A stretch of 63,996 nucleotides of DNA, counting the filler, from Salisapilia sapeloensis CBS 127946 (Eukaryota > Protista > Oomycota), in assembly GCA_023334545.1 (NCBI GenBank). It is 6 parts of 6 records of this genome, joined end to end, with 100 filler letters (N's around TTAATTAATTAA, not from the genome) between each part and the next. Parts side by side here need not be neighbours in the genome. Positions count along the whole stretch, not along the records: positions 22,562 to 52,481 come from JAADVB010000225.1; 5 more parts are not named here. The stretch is one strand, 5' to 3'. Made by a program: the position numbers and the translations under genes. Within the stretch, counting starts at the first letter, position 1. Each line of letters begins with the position of its first letter. The notes beneath the pieces were generated by a model. That model was not told the DNA's origin. It did no database searches and worked only from the letters and a program-made list of their open reading frames with translations. This document shows positions 31,563 through 41,856 of the stretch, one piece after another.

Positions 31563-32093
31563 CGGCATCTTAGCAAAGTGTTCTCATTTAACATCTTGTG
31601 ACCATCAACTTCAATAAGACTTCTAGCTAGTTCACACATCACTTGTACTGGTCTAGATACAAAAGCATTTTTCAGATATACTTCATCTAATAAAAGTTAG
31701 TTTTATTTGCTAATGTGCGCTTTTTTGTTGTATTTATTTTTACCAAAGTGTACTCTAACCAAGTCCGCTGATTGGTCAAAATACGTGTACATCTATCTAT
31801 CGTGACACAACCAACGAAATGGGATTTTTGAGGTCTCATCTCCGCTTGCTTCCATGTCAAATGCCCAATATGCTTTCTCAAATGGCATGATGTTTTCCTT
31901 TTGCAACCATAAATGAAATGACCAGAATTATTTACTTGTATATTGGTATCTAGCGCTCATCAGTTCATACTCGCTACCGTCTTATCGATTCATTCCCCAA
32001 ACGACTTTATAGCGATAGCAAAGTCACGAATAGAGCTCCACGCGTCTTGTCTGATTTGGTAATGTGATCTAAGTAGCATGTACGATCAAGATA

Positions 32094-33683
32094 GTGAACT
32101 TATTCGTGTACATACGTTCTTACGTGCAGAAAATTACTTCATGGGATGAAGAGGCCCAAGGTATGGGTATTGACACTGCTACCCAATTGCCAGTCAAAGT
32201 GCCGTGGACAATCCCAGGCGACTGGATAACAGCAAATCTATGGGAACGCGACTTGGACTCTAATAACAAGAAGCAGAAGCAACAGTCTTTTATATTCGGT
32301 GAGCTTCACGCCATCGAGCAAGAAAGTAACGATCGTGTGCGTCCAGCTTGTCAAAAGTACTTTGGTACTTGTGGAGGTTGTCGATATCAGCACATGGACT
32401 ATGCACTTCAGTTGGCCTATAAGCAGCAACTCATTGAAAAGATGTTCCAACCTTTCGTGAAAGACGGAAACACAAAGACCCGGCAAGTCCATGGAGTAGC
32501 TGATGTACTTCACTACCGAAATAAGATGGAATTCACGTGTAGTACAGAAGAATGGCTCCTGAGGGATGATTTGATGGCCGATCAACGCCGGACGTCATTC
32601 GCCATTGGTCTTTTTCCGGCCAAAAGTGTGGGCGTACAACGAGCAAAACTACAGCGATCAAGAAAAAAACGAGGAAACCAATGGAGTCCACAAGTTTTAT
32701 CCATCGATCATTGTGTGGTGCAGGATGAAGTGTGTGATTCTATATTGCGTGAGCTTCGCACATTGCTCTATTCATCGTCATTAGCTGCCTACAATTTTAA
32801 AGACCACTCTGGTCATTTAAAACAAATCGTTTTAAGGAGCGGAATACAAGGTCACGACCAACAGAAAGAGGTGATGCTAGGACTAGTGACGACATCGTTC
32901 AAAGGAGAACAACAGAAAGAGCTTGAACGGATCGTTGCAGAGTTACTAAGCAACCAAACAGTCTCGAATCCGATTACTTCGGTCGTACAAAAGCTAGATG
33001 AAGAAGCGCTGCGCCATCGAAGCGAGACAGACACAGTCGAGCGGCAACGTACGCTGTATGGACGAAACTTTATCTACGACCGTATCCTACAGCACGACTT
33101 CCGCATCGCTTTCGATGCCTTCTTCCAGCCAAACACTGCACAGGCGAACGTCTTATATGGTCACATTGAATCGGCCATCCAAGAGCATTGGACAGATAAT
33201 ACAAAGCAACCAGTCATTTGGGATCTCTTCTGCGGGGTGGGTAGCATCGGTATCTGTATGGCAAAACATGCTCGTAAAGTTGTCGGCTTTGAAGTTGTGG
33301 AGAGTGCCGTTGAAAATGCGAGAGAGAATGCAAAGTTGAACGGATACGACAGCGACAAGACCGAGTTTTACTGCATGGACTTGACAAAAGCATGGTCGGA
33401 TGCAGAATTGTTCGAACGCGTTGGCAATGATCGACCAGACATTGTCATCGTAGATCCGCCGCGCATGGGTTTACATAAGAAATTGATCGCTGCTCTCGAG
33501 AAATTACGACCAAAGCATATCTGCTACGTATCGTGCAACCCGAAGACTCAAGTGATTGATTTGCACCACCTATGTGATAACGCGAAAGGTAGAGCAGGGT
33601 ACGACTTGAAGATGATCCAACCAGTCGACATGGTCCCTCATACTCCGCACATCGAAACGGTCGCCTGGCTGACTCGAAACTAG
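32094..33683 (+). CDS. TrmA/RlmD(RumA)-family RNA m5U methyltransferase with TRAM domain and 4Fe-4S motif; 5' exon(s) unresolved
   Basis: CQKYFGTCGGC, HYRNKMEF, FFQPN, DLFCGVG, VDPPR, YVSCNP, PHTPHIE. A probable intron (GTAATG..GCAG) upstream gives RVLSDL-KITSW in frame, so the true start lies further 5'. Confidence 0.9.
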   Translation: MNLFVYIRSYVQKITSWDEEAQGMGIDTATQLPVKVPWTIPGDWITANLWERDLDSNNKKQKQQSFIFGELHAIEQESNDRVRPACQKYFGTCGGCRYQHMDYALQLAYKQQLIEKMFQPFVKDGNTKTRQVHGVADVLHYRNKMEFTCSTEEWLLRDDLMADQRRTSFAIGLFPAKSVGVQRAKLQRSRKKRGNQWSPQVLSIDHCVVQDEVCDSILRELRTLLYSSSLAAYNFKDHSGHLKQIVLRSGIQGHDQQKEVMLGLVTTSFKGEQQKELERIVAELLSNQTVSNPITSVVQKLDEEALRHRSETDTVERQRTLYGRNFIYDRILQHDFRIAFDAFFQPNTAQANVLYGHIESAIQEHWTDNTKQPVIWDLFCGVGSIGICMAKHARKVVGFEVVESAVENARENAKLNGYDSDKTEFYCMDLTKAWSDAELFERVGNDRPDIVIVDPPRMGLHKKLIAALEKLRPKHICYVSCNPKTQVIDLHHLCDNAKGRAGYDLKMIQPVDMVPHTPHIETVAWLTRN

Positions 33684-34404
33684 TGGTTGGAAATCAAACG
33701 ATGCAGAATAAAGCGTAGCGTGTTTACTTTGATAGACAAAAGACTGAGTATCCAATGTTCACGTGCGCAATAGACGTTTTGACTTTACATCAAACAATCT
33801 TATTGACGTCTACCTATAGCACAATCCGTGATGTATTGACCATAATTATGTCATGGTTTATGCTCTTGAACAAATCGAAGTAGAATCATAGACAACGCTA
33901 TCCTAGTAATATATTACAAGGGGCATCAAAGCTAGAAAATTGCACCTTCAACATCAGCAGTCTGCGTCTCCCATTATCGTCTCCATCCTACATGATTATC
34001 GATATATTCAAGTTTTATTCCTTCTTGCTTCGATTCCGATAAATACTTTTGAAATTGAGTTTAGCAAAGTGTAATCTTTGCTTGTGCTCTTGCGACCGTC
34101 GTCTCCTTCAACTTACATTCATAAACTCAGAATGGAAGAGTCTGTAGCGAATCGTTACCTGACAAAGCATGCTTCGAGACGGCAAAAATGAACCTCTCGT
34201 CTTTGAATTTTGATTGCATTAAACCAAAACAAGTACAACACATAACCTACAAGGAAGATGTACGCACGCTTCGACCAAAAACACTCTAGTGCTTATTTTA
34301 GGTCTTTCTAGAAATAGATTACTGGGTAGATCGTTGACATTGAACTATGCGTTTCTGCTAAGTTGTGTGAGTCGCCATCAACCTCAAAGGCTGTTCATAC
34401 AAGT

Positions 34405-36711
34405 ATGAAAGTCGGGGTAGAACCTCAACTTGAAAGGATCAGAACAGGAGAACATGACATGAAGTATTCGGATAGTAGCCGTGTCAGTAGCGAGCATCAT
34501 ACCTCTTCTTTAACAAACACCGTCAAAACGCGCATTGAAAAAGAACTGATGAAGAGAAAGCGTGCGGAAAGAAAGGCTAAAGCACGATCTCGAAGGGCAA
34601 AGCAGGATGAATATAAAGCCGAAAATGATCAAGTGAGTGGTCTTCCAAGAGATCAAGCTTCACAACCCATTAAAGAGTTACCTCCACTTCGCGACATTCC
34701 CATTTTGAAGGTAGCAACACCAGAGACGACGATTACTACGAAGGGCTCTGTAACTCTTGAAGAAGATAATGCTGATCAATCACCAGTTACATACACACCT
34801 CGGACAGCCCACGGGGCAGCGAAAAAGATTCAGAAAGTAATGAAGAAGAAGTTTAAAAAGAAGTTAAATTCGATGATAGGTAGATCTCCGCGTATATTTA
34901 TGGAACACAATCCTGGCATCCATCAAACAGAGGATTCTGCAATTTATGTGGGTGATACAAGTCACCTACATCCTGCAACTAGTATGGGACGTACGGTATC
35001 AAGTGAAAGTGAATACTCAAGTCGATCCTGCTGTTCATGCCGGTCCGATTACTCATGCTCGTGTTGCGATTCCGATGGGTCATCCACAACGTCGTGTGAC
35101 TTTACCCAGGTGTATGCTGATAAAGATGGGAGAGACAAGTCATCTCATGCATCAAATGAAGTCGGGCCGAGTGCTCGGCTGCTTGAGAGTCATCATTCGG
35201 GCTTTGCAGTCCCATCGAAGATGACCCAGGAAGACTTCGTAGCCACTCGAATTCAGGCCTGCTGGCGAGGCAGCCGAGGTCGGCGCTTGGCTGTACTGCG
35301 TTTACTTGAATTTGAGATGGAAATGAGGTCCGCGGCACTAGATGAAATAAGGTATGAAGCGTGTGTTCGAATCCAAGCACTTGCTCGAGGTTTTCTTACG
35401 AGAACACGTCTTCAGCGGAAGAGGTGCACGCAGCCATATACGGTGGACACCCACAAACCATCAGCCATGGAGGATAAAGTGCTTCTTCACAATATATCCA
35501 GCACCGTAGAAGCTATGCAGCTCGACAAAGGAATATGTGAGAAAGAAAATGAGATGTCCTCTTTGGATAGAAACGAAGAGGAAGGTCCTCTTATATGGCC
35601 TGATGAACTAAATCTAGAGGCGGAGGATACGTCCGGAAATGAGCACCATTCCGTCACTTACAGTTCCATCGAAGACCTACCCAAGTTGGTCTATGAAAAT
35701 AAACTAAAAGTATTCTGCGGAACGTGGAATCTTGGTGGTCAATTGTCAACGGAAAACCTTCGTTCCTGGATCGAACCGAACAAGTACCATATCGTTACAA
35801 TTGGTACGGAGGAATGTGGACGTTCAATTGCCCAAAGTGTGCTCTTTTCATCAAAAGAAGCGTGGGAAGACCAGTTAAAAATTACGCTCGGAATCGAGTA
35901 CACGCCAGTTGCATCACACACGTTGACAGCTATTCATAACATAGTGTTTGCACACCAGAGCGTCTTACCACTCATTCATGACGTATGCTCGAGCGCTGTT
36001 CCGACTGGACTTGGTAATAAACTAGGGAACAAAGGTGGTATTGGTATCTCGTTCACCGTCGGACGAACTTCATTTGCATTCATTAATTGCCATTTCGAAG
36101 CCCATCAAAGCAAAGTCACGAGACGAAACGCCAACTTTGATCGCATCAATAACGAGCTCAAGCTTCGAAGACAGCAGCTTCGAACGACTGAATGTGCTTC
36201 CGAAGATGCTCAGATGAGAGCCTGGACAGGCCATCGGCCAGTATCTAAATCCTTCGATCGTGTCTTTTGGTTTGGAGACTTGAACTATCGAATCAATGGC
36301 ACGAGAGAAATGGTTGACAGACTACTCAAGGAAAACCGACACGACGTTCTCTACGCGAACGACCAACTTCGTATTGAAAGAGAGCGAGGGCATGTATTTA
36401 ATCATTTCATGGAAGGACCAGTCAACTTCCGTCCAACCTATAGGTACGACATTCAAAGCGACAACTACGATACATCTTCCAAGCAAAGGATACCAGCATG
36501 GACTGATCGAATATTATACTTATCCAACGACAAGAAGGATGATATTCACATCACTAGCTACCAGAGTAAGCAAGATTACCGTATATCTGACCATCGACCA
36601 GTCAGTGCCACTTTTATCGTCAAGTTTCAAGTAAAGGAGATGAAACAAACGACGACAAGTATAAAGTATGCATCAGAAAACACAAAGAGCGAAGCATGTA
36701 ATATTCAATAA
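34405..36711 (+). CDS. Inositol polyphosphate 5-phosphatase (INPP5E-like) with two IQ motifs and C-terminal CaaX; start uncertain
   Basis: IQACWRGSRGR, IQALARGFLTR; GTWNLGG, CHFEAHQ, WFGDLNYR, PAWTDRILY, SDHRPV; ends CNIQ. Confidence 0.9.
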   Translation: MKVGVEPQLERIRTGEHDMKYSDSSRVSSEHHTSSLTNTVKTRIEKELMKRKRAERKAKARSRRAKQDEYKAENDQVSGLPRDQASQPIKELPPLRDIPILKVATPETTITTKGSVTLEEDNADQSPVTYTPRTAHGAAKKIQKVMKKKFKKKLNSMIGRSPRIFMEHNPGIHQTEDSAIYVGDTSHLHPATSMGRTVSSESEYSSRSCCSCRSDYSCSCCDSDGSSTTSCDFTQVYADKDGRDKSSHASNEVGPSARLLESHHSGFAVPSKMTQEDFVATRIQACWRGSRGRRLAVLRLLEFEMEMRSAALDEIRYEACVRIQALARGFLTRTRLQRKRCTQPYTVDTHKPSAMEDKVLLHNISSTVEAMQLDKGICEKENEMSSLDRNEEEGPLIWPDELNLEAEDTSGNEHHSVTYSSIEDLPKLVYENKLKVFCGTWNLGGQLSTENLRSWIEPNKYHIVTIGTEECGRSIAQSVLFSSKEAWEDQLKITLGIEYTPVASHTLTAIHNIVFAHQSVLPLIHDVCSSAVPTGLGNKLGNKGGIGISFTVGRTSFAFINCHFEAHQSKVTRRNANFDRINNELKLRRQQLRTTECASEDAQMRAWTGHRPVSKSFDRVFWFGDLNYRINGTREMVDRLLKENRHDVLYANDQLRIERERGHVFNHFMEGPVNFRPTYRYDIQSDNYDTSSKQRIPAWTDRILYLSNDKKDDIHITSYQSKQDYRISDHRPVSATFIVKFQVKEMKQTTTSIKYASENTKSEACNIQ

Positions 36712-36861
36712 TGCTGGGTTACCAAACCTCGACGCCTACCGGATCGAATGCAAATCGATATGATGACCTTGGTTGCACCTGTTCTCAGATTCCATTCAGT
36801 TGTCGTCCGAAGGTTTCTTGAAGGTCTGCATTGCTCTTGGCGTCCAGAAGTTCAAATCAAA

Positions 36862-38198
36862 ATGATCCGCCCCGCACGTACTCTTCTCCAGCGCTCTGCA
36901 CGTGCGCCCACGGGCCGTAGCTTTTCCACAAACGTACTCATTTATTCGCATTAGCCTATTTTATACCTGTGCTGAAGGTATCATGTGTCTTGCGTCCTGT
37001 AGCTCAAGAAAACAGCCTTGTATGACTTTCATGTCGAGCGCGGGGGCAAGGTAAACATCTATCATTTAAATGTCTTATGTACGGACTGTATTGTTTATCT
37101 ACTGTGGTGATGTAGATGGTGGAGTTTGCCGGTTACTCGATGCCTGTGCAGTACAAGGACGGCGTGCTCAAGTCGCACAACCATACGCGAGCTCCTGGCA
37201 AAGCGAGCCTGTTTGACGTGAGCCACATGGGCCAGCTCAAGATCACTGGTAAAGACCGCATCAAATTTCTCGAATCCGTTGTCGTGGGAGACCTCGAGGC
37301 GCTTTCCATCGGTGAAGGCAAGCTCAGTCTCATTACGAACGCCAAGGGAGGCATCATTGACGACTGCGTCATCACCAACTATGACGACCACTTGTACGTT
37401 GTGGTGAACGCTGGCAACCAGGACATTGACTGGCAGCACATGCAGTCTCTCTTGTCCGACTTTCGCGGTGACGCGAAGATGGAGAAACTCGATGATCGGT
37501 CGCTCGTGGCGCTACAAGGTCCTGGCGCAGCGGAGGTGATGCAGTCCATTGCTTCCAAGGTGGACCTGAAGACGCTAGGCTTCATGGAAGGCACCTTTAC
37601 TTCTCTCCCTGTCAATGGGAAAGATGTCGATGTCATTCTCACCCGATGCGGATACACGGGAGAAGATGGATTTGAAGTGTCCGTCGCTAGTGACAACATC
37701 GACGCCTTTGCGAGGCAGTTGGTGGAAGACGAGCGCGTGTTGGAGGCTGGACTTGGCGCTCGCGACAGCCTGCGTCTCGAAGCTGGTCTGTGTCTCCACG
37801 GTCATGACATGACGCCTGATACGACGCCAGTGGAGGCTACGTTGGCCTGGACGGTCGGGAAGCGTCGTCGTGAAGAAGGAGGTTTCCCAGGCCACGACGT
37901 GATCATGGACCAGCTGACGAACAAGACTCACACGCGTCGTCGTGTGGGCTTTACGGTGGAAGGTGCAGCTGCGAGGGAAGGCGCGGAACTGTTGGACGAG
38001 AACGATCAAGTCGTCGGGACCGTGACGAGTGGTACGTTCAGTCCGACGCTTAAGAAAGCGATCGGGATGGCGTACGTGACGAAGAAGAAGGGCAAGGTCG
38101 GTACGGAGCTACACGTGCGTGCTCGGAACAAGACGCAACGTGTGGAAATCACCAAGATGCCGTTCGTTTCGCCCAACTACTACAAGAAAGAGGCGTAG
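36862..38198 (+). CDS. GCVT: Glycine cleavage system T protein (aminomethyltransferase), mitochondrial, 3 exons
   Basis: Presequence MIRPARTLLQR..; introns 36934-37002 and 37051-37115 give LKKTALYDFH..GGK-MVEFAGYSMPVQY; LFDVSHMGQ, RCGYTGEDGFE, GLGARDSLRLEAG. Confidence 0.96.
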
Positions 38199-38306
38199 AT
38201 CGTCTTGTGAATGCAACGGAGTCATCATCCTCTCTTGCGACGTACGACTGCTTTTGTTTAACCAGTCAAACACCTCTTTTATTTCTCTCTTTCAACTATC
38301 ACATGC

Positions 38307-39302
38307 TTACAACAGAATGTACTTGAGACTCAATCGTTTGCTCTCTCCACGCTTTGCAGATACAACGTCATGTGGACCTGGACCGAGTTCACAAAGAGGT
38401 GAGATAAGTGCTTTCGACAATATTTCATTCGCACTTTGAGCACTTTGTAACAATTGTGCAAAAGCCGAGAAGAAATCGACATGTAAATCCAATCGCGTTA
38501 ATCGTCCAGTCGGACCAAAGTGAAGACTGAAGCGGAAGGATGGATGGATTTCCTGTCCGACGATACGTAGACTTAATTCATCATCATTGACAATGTGCGG
38601 ATACAAGAGCATGACCGTGTCTCGAGAGATTCGGAGAAGAAAGACTCCGGTCAAGTCGAACGAACTCGTCATATCTTGTTCTCGCTCACTCAAATCGACC
38701 ACATTCTCTACTTGTACAGACGCAATGTCGATATGACAAATCGCATGATACGACGTATATCTTTTCATTTGTGTACAAAGTGCCTCGACACCGTTCGTCG
38801 AAGCGCTTTGGCAAGCAAAGTCTGTCGTAGTGGCAAAGTGGAGAAAGCGCTCTTGAAGATCGCGTAGCCACGTCGAGTGGAGGGCAAATCCGTCCTGAAA
38901 TAAACGAAGGAATTGACGCGTGATGAGCCACGGGCGAGCATTCGCTTCGTCCAATGTCCTTGCACGCGACTGATCAAACGTAGATAGGAATGTTCGGTAG
39001 ACAAACAGCTCCGTCAGCTCTTCTCCCAATGTCTGTGTTTCATCTGATAGAGACTCAATGATGCCTTGCTGTCGAGCGCGGTAGCGACGTTGATTGAGTT
39101 TGCACTGCATTTTGCGTCTCGCTTTTCGTTCGTCCTCATTCTGGACAATCGGTCGTCGACCTCGCTTGCGAGGTGCTTTGCCATTCGATTTAGTTGACCC
39201 GTCTGCGACCTGTCGAGTGTCCTCGAGGGGAGGTCCGTCTGACGGTTGCGATGTGGACGTGGGCGTTGTGATCAAAGCGCTCGGACTTGCCCTTGTATCC
39301 AT
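38307..39302 (-). CDS. Oomycete-type bZIP transcription factor (Cys at the invariant-Asn position)
   Basis: RRKMQCKLNQRRYRARQQ basic region, zipper, then the typical oomycete bZIP C-terminal domain (WLITRQFLRLFQDG..). Confidence 0.85.
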   Translation of the reverse strand: MDTRASPSALITTPTSTSQPSDGPPLEDTRQVADGSTKSNGKAPRKRGRRPIVQNEDERKARRKMQCKLNQRRYRARQQGIIESLSDETQTLGEELTELFVYRTFLSTFDQSRARTLDEANARPWLITRQFLRLFQDGFALHSTWLRDLQERFLHFATTTDFACQSASTNGVEALCTQMKRYTSYHAICHIDIASVQVENVVDLSEREQDMTSSFDLTGVFLLRISRDTVMLLYPHIVNDDELSLRIVGQEIHPSFRFSLHFGPTGRLTRLDLHVDFFSAFAQLLQSAQSANEILSKALISPLCELGPGPHDVVSAKRGESKRLSLKYILL

Positions 39303-40558
39303 ATTCTCTCCCTTCTGTATTTCTACTGTGCAGTCGATGCTGTAGAAATTTATATTTGATTCGAAATGTAACGAATAGTGATAGACGGACGGAGGTTCAT
39401 AGTAGTGTTCACATCCATGATGCTACAGATAATGAAACTAGGTAAAGAGTTTGCTAGCGTGAAATGCAGGACGCACACATCGTCCTGCGCTGTCTACTAT
39501 GAATCGCTGTAATTTGAGTATTAAAAAAGAGAGGTAGCAATGGCAAGCACGAGAAGGAGGAAGCGAGCGGTTATATGGGATTCGCGTAGTTCTTTTAGTT
39601 TAGATGTAAAGACGTAGCTTTGCCGTGCATACTTGGATCTTCGCTACATTACTCGAGGAGAATACAGACAAACCACTTGGGGCGAATGTTAAATCACTAG
39701 AAACCTATAAATATGTGTTTCCGTGATAAACATTAGAGCGAATTAAAAGGCTGGGATTGTCATCGACTACAAGAGTCTGCACTAGATGCCTATGCAAGCG
39801 TCCGATCGGGTTGTAGCCACTACGGCTGGTGCTCATTACATTTTCTCAAGATCAGTATACGGTTCTGTAGTAAGACTCTTTTTACGCGTTAAAGGTTCTG
39901 TATAATAATAACTGTGCTCGGATCTACTAGCTAGATTTCGTCTTGGGTGTCTTGCAACTTTTCATAAACAGTAGTTTTCATTTGTTGATAGTTGCGATGG
40001 AGGTACAAACGCTTGATGCCATGCAAAAGTTTTCTCAAGAACAAGACATGATATCTGATAGAACTTTCATTATACCTTGTTTGCCACAATATGGCAAGTA
40101 TTCTTAAAAGAGAATTCTAGTATTGTTTTCCTTGATCTTTATTCAAAGAAGAGCAGCTAAAGCTTACAATGGAATACATCAAGCTGCGAAAAGCTAATAG
40201 AGAAGTTGACCTACAAATCTAAGCGAGTGCTCAACAATAAATTGAAGTGATTGACAATGTAGTTTCGTAAGTAGAGTGCGACCGCGATTTATCTGCATAT
40301 TTGCTACATTTTCAACTTTTCTTTCTCGCCTGTTGTAACATGATTTTCGCCTTCTGGTGAAAGACAAAATATATGGATCCCTTAGCACGTGTTGCATTCC
40401 ACGTCAAAACCATTAAAATTAAAACAATCTTCCATTCTACAAAAGCAAAGTACTCACTAAAGTAAATTTACATCGATACATTCGACTTAGAGTGCCGCTA
40501 TGATCCCTCCACCTGAGTCACAAATTTCAATCTTATCGTTTGAAGTGGTTCGAGTGGT

Positions 40559-41806
40559 TCATCGCTCACATTTAGGTATACTCGAGGCGTCTTTGAATAA
40601 AACGATATCGTCATAATCCACGCTCTCGGATTTAATGCCTGACGTCGAATTGGAGTCCAATGCGAGACTTTCCAAAGTCAGATCTGCTGAAGTTCCAATC
40701 GATGCTTTCAACTCGCTACGGATGCACACATCTGCACTGACACGACGCGCAATAAGGACGCATCCCTTACAGAACGAAAAGTTTTTAGCCTTCAAGACAC
40801 CCCGATCGAGACGAAGTATGATACGACGGCGCACTTTACAACGACTGCAAAGAGGCTGGCGACAAACGGTGCAAGTGCCATGGTTGATCAAAGATTTGCC
40901 GGCTCCACAGCGACCAGCACAATCCGACGTCGATGGTTCGTTACGCATATATGTATCCTTATACGATGTCTGCATCATCCAGTGAAGCTTCCTCGATAAA
41001 CCGGCTTCGCCGACTAGCGAAGATGTCGCAAGAAACATGCTTACAGCTTTGGTTGATGCTATTTCCGGAATCGATCCCATCGTAGCCATAAATCCAGAAT
41101 GATAGAGCTCGACAAAGTTAGCATCCAACTGACGTCTGAGATAGCAGACCGATCCTTGGGCGCGCACACAACCATTATTCAACTCGGTCTCGCGAATATC
41201 AATAGAATGTGCGATAAAGTAACCGATTTGTTGACCATCTTTTCCCTCCGTCATGCCCATTTTGAAAAGGACTAGTACATCCCTCACATCGACGAAAGGG
41301 ATGACCGAGTTGCCCATCGTTAACCATGCGATAGCACAACTCTGATACGGCTTCTCAACGGTCGGTGTTTCGAGCGTGCATAAGTATCTGGTGTTTACCA
41401 AATTGTCTTCGACGAACATGGATCGAGCATTCCATTCAGAGGCTGTGGCTGATAGGTCTCCGTATTGGAAGTCAGATACTGTTCCAGGCACTTTGCCGAC
41501 GAGAAGAAATTTAGGAACTGATTGTTTTGGGTCAGTGACCTTATATCCACCCCGTGGTGTCTTGAGCATACGCGGGGTCTCACGAATGCGTTTCCGATCT
41601 TGGAATATTTCCAAGTGATCAACTCGTTGATGAAGCTTCCAGTATTCAGGATCCACTTGCCGATCGCGTTTATCTCGGAAATCTTTAAAATCTGCGATTG
41701 CTTTTTGTAGAATCTCGTCAGCCATTTCCTTTAATACAACCTCGGACTCTGGTCGCAATGCGAAATTCTTGGGGGCATTCGCCAATATCTTTTCCATAGA
41801 TGGCAT
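40559..41806 (-). CDS. START-like domain + degenerate FYVE-type zinc finger protein (oomycete-expanded type)
   Basis: WKLHQRVDHLEIF, LLVGKVPGTVSD..G, VRDVLVL, YFIAHSIDI, VRAQGSVCYL, then CAGRC..CTVC..CSRC..CKGC. Confidence 0.75.
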   Translation of the reverse strand: MPSMEKILANAPKNFALRPESEVVLKEMADEILQKAIADFKDFRDKRDRQVDPEYWKLHQRVDHLEIFQDRKRIRETPRMLKTPRGGYKVTDPKQSVPKFLLVGKVPGTVSDFQYGDLSATASEWNARSMFVEDNLVNTRYLCTLETPTVEKPYQSCAIAWLTMGNSVIPFVDVRDVLVLFKMGMTEGKDGQQIGYFIAHSIDIRETELNNGCVRAQGSVCYLRRQLDANFVELYHSGFMATMGSIPEIASTKAVSMFLATSSLVGEAGLSRKLHWMMQTSYKDTYMRNEPSTSDCAGRCGAGKSLINHGTCTVCRQPLCSRCKVRRRIILRLDRGVLKAKNFSFCKGCVLIARRVSADVCIRSELKASIGTSADLTLESLALDSNSTSGIKSESVDYDDIVLFKDASSIPKCER

Positions 41807-41842
41807 CGTGCGGTAGACTATGGAGTCTCTTCAGTGGATTGC

Positions 41843-41856
41843 AATTTGTAGAATGG
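41843..41856 (-). promoter_or_regulatory. Inr+FPR-like core promoter of the START-like/FYVE gene
   Basis: Minus strand CCATTCTACAAATT, 37-50 nt upstream of the ATG at 41806. Confidence 0.5.

Noticed and set aside
39466-39488. 8-bp inverted repeat upstream of the bZIP gene
   Set aside because: Too short to exceed chance without conservation data.
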